DNA of 64,000 nt from Balanoglossus misakiensis (Eukaryota > Animalia > Hemichordata). Shown piece after piece: positions 58,224 through 64,000 of this stretch. The stretch is taken from NCBI GenBank assembly GCA_040954595.2, contig CM082583.2, positions 4,641,374 to 4,705,373 of the forward strand, read 5' to 3'. Made by a program: the position numbers and the translations under genes. A model generated the notes under the pieces. The model had not been told where the DNA came from and made no database searches. It saw nothing but the letters and a program-made list of their open reading frames with translations. How positions within the stretch are numbered: position 1 is the stretch's first letter; each line of letters opens with the position of its first letter.

Positions 58224-60439
58224 TTTTACCAAGGTGATGTCGTCCAAGCAGAATTTGAGTCTTGTTGTGCGTGCCTCAGTCAAACACCTTCCTTTTGTAT
58301 CTTCGCTGTCGACTACTGTTCAGCCAAGTAACTGCACCTCCATTGCAAATTAAATAATTCTGAAAATCGAAATAGAATGCATTTCAATTAGACTAGAACG
58401 GTGTTTTGTTCAGTACACCGGCTGAAAGTTTGCCTACATCTTAAAATATCGAAGCAAAGGGATCGACTTATCTACACCCCTCTGTTATCATGTATCAAAT
58501 ATTAGCGGATTTTGCCAACGCTATCAGCACAGTTGACATTGGGCGTAAGGAAACCAAATAATCGACACGTTCAGCTTTCTGATAGTCATTTTTTGAAAAA
58601 AATCTTCAACTACAGTTCATTCGTGACTCTGCTGGTGCATGCACGTAGGTGACCGACTGTCAGAAAACAATCACAGGAAGCAGATCGTTGAAGTGCGGTC
58701 AAACAGAGCAAGCGCAGAGTACGTGTGCTTGGACTTTGCACTTTTCGTCGTCTGCCGTTGCGCGGTGCCACTCTGTGATCTCAGGTCAACATTGCTCGGT
58801 GGTGCCGGCCGCGATCTGATTACAGGCGATGACACGTTGTCAAAATACAGATAGATTATTGTCCAGTCATTTTAAACAGGAACATGAAGGAAAGTCAGAG
58901 CTCTAATTTGTAAGGCACACGCTCCCCGTATATAAGATTAAATATTACTACTTCTTCAAAGTGTTTCCGCCTATGGATTTCACAAACAACGACTCGCGTA
59001 CAGATTTTTCCAGCTCTCGACAGTTTTTATGGATTAAGGTCAAATACTATCGAATCGTTAAAAACGGCAAGGCCACTGGTCCCGAATAATCCTTGTCAAA
59101 CCGAGTCTTTTCGGCTTGCGTTAGAAAAAGTGTTTACTTTTGCTTTGATGGTCTCCACCGTGACGGCCCGTCCCTGCACAAATTGGTTCACTCCCATGTT
59201 AAGTTGAACTCTGTAGTAGTGCCGTGCATGGTAATGGATAAAACATGGCGATAAATGAATCATCGTGACTAACCTTTCACTGATATCGGAAGTTCCCGTC
59301 AAGAAAGCGAACCAACTTACTGGGAAGACAAACCCCTGAAATAAACCACTTGTTCAAGATAACAAAAGAACATCGGCTGTCACTCACTGCCTTCTTTCGG
59401 AGGAAATGCCGGAAGACGTCATAACCATCAAAGGATTGTGGGATAAATTGCGGGCGACGACATTTATGAGATGCTAGGGGGCCGCGCTCACATGCGAGAG
59501 ATGATGGAAAAAGCGCCACCAACGTTACATGAAACTGTAAAAGATGATACATGTACGTGAGGAAAATGTAAGCCAAGCAAAAAATATGTGATTTCAACAT
59601 TCTTTTTAATAAATAAAAACAGGGTAGCTAGCGTAGTCGGATAAAACATCTGCAGCTTTTTATTACTATAGCCGTGATTAGCCTTGTAACGCAACACGCA
59701 TCCAATGATTTGGTGTTACAAAAAGCTGTACGTCTTCTTTTTTAAAACTTAAGAGGTAAAATGGAAAAGTAGAAAAAACAGAAGTTTTCGAAAATGTATC
59801 AGTGTATACTTGTTTCTTACGACTGCCATCGAAGTGCGGCCAAGCACCTTTCCCAGATGCATGATATAGGCACCGAATACAAACGGAACTGGGCTAACAA
59901 ACGTAAACCGCTCCCCTCCCATAAGCGGAATATGAATTAAGAACATGCGACCACGTGTTTGTGCTTCCAGATAAAGGTATTCCACCACCACGATACATTC
60001 ACTCCTAGCACCGAAAGCGAACTTGAACTGAAGAAAAGAAAAGTCAAGTTCACGGTTGCGTTATTTACAGACCATAACACCAACGGCGAAAGAATAAGTA
60101 TCCCAGAAGCAATGTCTCCGCCTTGTATATTTCATAAACCCTTGCTCTGGGATAATAGTAAATAATTATGTTTTCATTTGCAATTCGAGAAAATATTGCA
60201 CCAACACAATCGAATTGCAGCTTCCCCAACTCTTAACGAGAAATTTTCGTTTATCGTGCGAGTATTTTAAGAACCCTCGCCCCCTCCCAAATATTCAAAA
60301 TAAGAAAAGACTCGCTCACAGAGTGAGTTAATATCATGTCATACCTGCGATGGGTCCTTTTAAATCAGACTTTTATGCTCATCGATTTCAATGTGAATTT
60401 AAGTCTCCATAGAGCCTGATTGTTGAGCATTTAACTTAA

Positions 60440-60560
60440 AGCTGCATGGCCACCTATGCAAATTTAGCCACAGGTTACCATGGAAAGTCGAGATTTAGCC
60501 TATCGCGGATTTTCACTTAGATTGCCATGCGAAAAGAAAATCGCCACCATATGGTTATTA
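60440..60560. mobile_element. Degenerate partial relative of MITE family A
   Basis: ttaa then ...cacctatgcaaatttagccacaggttaccatggaaagtcgagatttagcc...ggattttca, matching the left half of family A. Confidence 0.55.
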
Positions 60561-60835
60561 GAGCTTCAGACAAGCTCTTTCAATAATAAATAAGGTCATT
60601 ATCTTTCATTGAACGTTAAGTTTATGCAACTGCTTAGCGTTCCACCACAGCTCTCTCATTTTTTCTGACCACCAATATGGCCTACGCCGTTACAAGAAGG
60701 CTGCTGATTAGTCGGTTGCTTGATATAGCGTCTGTTGACTGGCCAATCAGAACCTTCGACTGCAACTGTCCGAAGTCATTCAAATCGCGTCCGTCTTTCC
60801 AGAAATAATCATTCCACCGCCGGCCATCTTCTTCG

Positions 60836-63500
60836 TCACGTGTGTAAATTGATGACGCCGAGGTCGTGCAGACGTTTCCACAGCTGGTTTTCGGTGTTGT
60901 AATCGTGATTTGCATAATTGACGTGCTTGGTGTGGTCATAGTAGTGGTCGGCGTACTTCTCGTAACTGGCTCCGATACCGTAGACATTGACCTAGAAGAA
61001 CACGAAAATTAATCCAAAAATTTAAAAAATAATCATTCAAAGTTGACGTGGACTTTGTTTTAATCGAATTTCTGCCGAAAGATTTTCTAACGCCGTCAGT
61101 ATTTTTATGTTCAGAGAGACCCGAATCTCTACAGTATACCTCATTTATATCATTCTACAGCTTCATTGAAACTCAACGCCTTCTGTATTGATTAATGAAC
61201 AAAGTCTTAGCAACAATTTTGCGGTAATCAAAAACTATAATGTTCAAAAAGATGTAAAGGATATTTTTAAAAGGCTGTAATTGAAATTCGCAAATAAGAT
61301 GAGAGTACTAACACGTCACCGGAGATTGCCACGTCAAAATGGACACGGTTTGTGTTACTTGCATTTAACTAGAAATAATTGGTGTTTTTAAAGTAAATAC
61401 CAGTAGACGCTAATATATGAGAGTTTCATGCCAGGTGGATTATGTACTTATCAGTGGAGGTAATCTTTATGCTATAAAACACATTAAAAGAAGAATGTAC
61501 AAACGTCTATAAATAATAGAAAACGCAGTGCTTACCTCGTCACAGGTGTGTAGTGCCAGAAACAACATAAAGGCACCTGTCTGAAGTCTGTAGACATTTT
61601 GGTTTCGCCGAGGTGATTTTGCCCAGCTGCGGAATGTCAAAAAAGGTCATATGTCACAAGGTCATTCGGGGGTCAAAATTGGCATTCTCCGTTTCAAACA
61701 CTCACAGTGGGACGAAGACTTGTAAGTCATCACAATTTCGACCGAAAAGGATGAATTCGTAAAACGTGACCTGTACAGTTTATCAGGTAGACGTGATACT
61801 AATTGCCAAACGACCGTTTGGATTCTCATCATGCATGCATTTCTGACGGCTTGATCTCTGCCAGTGTGAACCGCACTAACCTGGAAGTGACGTATCTTGA
61901 AAAATCGGGATGCAGAATTTTGACATTGTCGTCATCCAACTTCACGGGAAATTTGGGTGGATTTCTGTAGAGGGTAAAAATACATATCATATGTATTGCC
62001 TTTTACACTGTCTCTGTGCTGAAGGAGGCTAAGCATTTTGCTTGATTCAGATTTCGACTAGATCCTCGATAATTAAATTCAAGATGGCGGATGCGTACCT
62101 GTGATATTTATCCTTGCTCACAGGAAGTGGTTTGTTTGACAGTGCGGCTCCCATGTATTCATAGCTCCACGGCTCACACGGCGCCAATATGTAGCGTATG
62201 TCCTGATATAAAATATGGCAAAATATAATAAGCACCCACGGTCATTGCGAACGCTTCGTTTCTACGTCGTCATGGAATTCTGTGCGCAGTTAACTGCAGT
62301 GTGACAATGTCACCCATGCAAGAACTCCATCTTCCATGCTAAAGGGTAGAATACATCAACAATCGCCACTGAAGCAAATGCGTTCAAATTAACATCCTGT
62401 AAAACACTTTAGATTTAGCTGCATACTTTTAGCGAATATGAATTTTCAGATTGATAAATTTAGCTAAAAAGACACTTTAACCACGGTAACGTTTGAATTA
62501 GCGAATGTAAACATATTGCGAAACTAGCTCAAACAACATGCTAGCTATAAAAGACATGTTGTTGTACAGCAGTAAATCCACATGTACAATTATCTATAAT
62601 TATCAGCAAATTTCAGCAGACACTACCGCTTTTCTGTATAGACAGACCTTTTCATAAGGCGGTTGGTTAAAACCGTCCCTTCCGTGACCCTTGATCGAGT
62701 TGTCCAGAGTGACCAATGAAAAGACGTAATGAGACGTTTTCGTCCCCACGTCATCTTCATAACCATCGGTAAGCGCCACGTTCACCCTGAAGGAATAAGA
62801 TCAAAAGTGTAGACGAAGAGTCAGTAGTTATACTGGTACACAGTCAGCTGGGGCGATAAATTAAAGCCTCTCATAGCTGCCACTTTTTATATTTTTTCAT
62901 GATTTTATTTTCCAACTTAAATTGGTCCATCTATATAAATAAGCTTACTCATAGGTTTACATGAACACCTTATCGATGCCCGATTGTGACTGCATGTAGC
63001 GCGATTAGAAAACGCTATGTATTAAAACGGTGCCGCACCGATTTAATCAGCCTCCATACAAACAGTACACAGCTATCGTGGTATGTGTCGCCAAGAGATG
63101 AAAAACTGATGCAAATACAAGTAATATGGCTTAATGGTGAGGATTTTAGAGGATAGGGAATATATTTGAAGTATTTTACTATGGAAAAATTATGTGAAAT
63201 TTGGCAGCTATAGGGGCGTTAACCTCTTCAGCTGGCCAAGTAAATGGGAAACGCACATGCGCACGGGACATATCCTCTAATATGAAAACCCGCATCATCG
63301 AGCTCTCCCTCTCTTTACATACCTGAAGACGAAATCGTGCGAATCGATTTCTGGTCCCGACGCCGACTTCGCCAAGACGCCTCCGTTCCCAACCACGGCG
63401 CAGCGAATGCAACGATCTGGAACCTCGCCGTTCACAAGCAAGGTGTCGAACAAGTACTGGTCGTTTATGGAATTCAGGTTGGAGAGTACGTCAGACACCA
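60836..63500 (-). CDS. GT29 sialyltransferase, ST6GalNAc1/2-like; last six exons (5' exons not identified, probably beyond the window)
   Basis: Exons 63500-63323, 62786-62648, 62202-62099, 61964-61881, 61626-61536, 60991-60836, in phase. L-motif [53 protein letters not shown]; S-motif TGAFMLFLALHTCDEVNVYG; motif III HYYD; VS-motif HDYNTE; WKRLHDLGVI. Confidence 0.92.
62865..63218. mobile_element. MITE family F, copy 2 (sialyltransferase intron)
   Basis: TTAA flanks; interior matches 21499-21840 (attttccaacttaaattggtccatc, cttatcgatgcccgattgtgactgcatgt). Confidence 0.8.
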
Positions 63501-64000
63501 CTGTTGTGGAAAACACAAGATGTTGTTACCGGGTTACAATCCGTATCTCCACACAGCTGCATCGCTAATAGTGCCAATCTTTCGCACCCAGGCCCCGGAC
63601 AATTAAATTGTGGGCATACAACACACACACACTTTCTCTGTGAAGGGTGATCGTGAGCAGAATGGCCTTACTTTCATGTGACATTAGGTCCAATGGTCAA
63701 TATTATTCCAGGCAACGAATTACAAGCACAAAGAAACAAAATATGTATGTACGTATATCTTATTTGTTTTTGCTGAATATGTTTTCGTGTGAAGAAGTCG
63801 CGGCGGGAGTATAACAAGAAAGTGTATTTGGTTGACACACACAATAAATATATAGGGCCATCCCAAGCAGAAAAAGGGTCTTATGGGAGCGCGATTCTTT
63901 TGACCATAAGACCCCTATCTGCTTGGGATGGCGTACAGTGCATGTAAAATTCATATGGAAGCTACTGCTGTCCCTCGGACCCCACCTTGGTAAGTAAGAT

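Noticed and set aside
59274-59336. Minus-strand segment bounded by atttcag and gttagt
   Set aside because: Could be a UTR exon but cannot be linked to a gene from sequence alone.
60682-60987. 101-aa Thr-rich ORF as an independent mucin-like gene
   Set aside because: It is the alternative frame of the last sialyltransferase exon.
63670-63720. Possible next upstream sialyltransferase exon (donor gtaagg)
   Set aside because: No convincing acceptor or family similarity in the required frame.

Overview
Intron-rich animal genomic DNA (GT-AG introns, MITEs, microsatellites). An invertebrate deuterostome such as a hemichordate is plausible but is inference only. Hand-splicing gives phase-consistent models for: (1) a complete NEDD4-family E3 ligase (+, 26 coding exons, C2-3xWW-HECT, 781 aa) with a candidate 30-nt microexon; (2) an unrecognised ~585-aa gene (-, 29322-34206) preceded by a spliced 64-aa upstream ORF that overlaps a stop-free, AUG-less extension of the main frame; (3) a complete PRDM6 orthologue (-, 7 coding exons, 559 aa) followed by a diverged duplicate of its own C-terminus that has an in-phase splice acceptor; (4) a two-exon tetraspanin-like gene with a long N-tail; (5) a small two-TM ORF; (6) the 3' six exons of an ST6GalNAc1/2-like sialyltransferase with an altered S-motif and an apparent 2-nt C-terminal frameshift. 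Several non-autonomous DNA transposon families recur, some as inverted pairs inside NEDD4. No rRNA, tRNA or CRISPR features were seen. All family assignments come from recalled motifs, not database searches.
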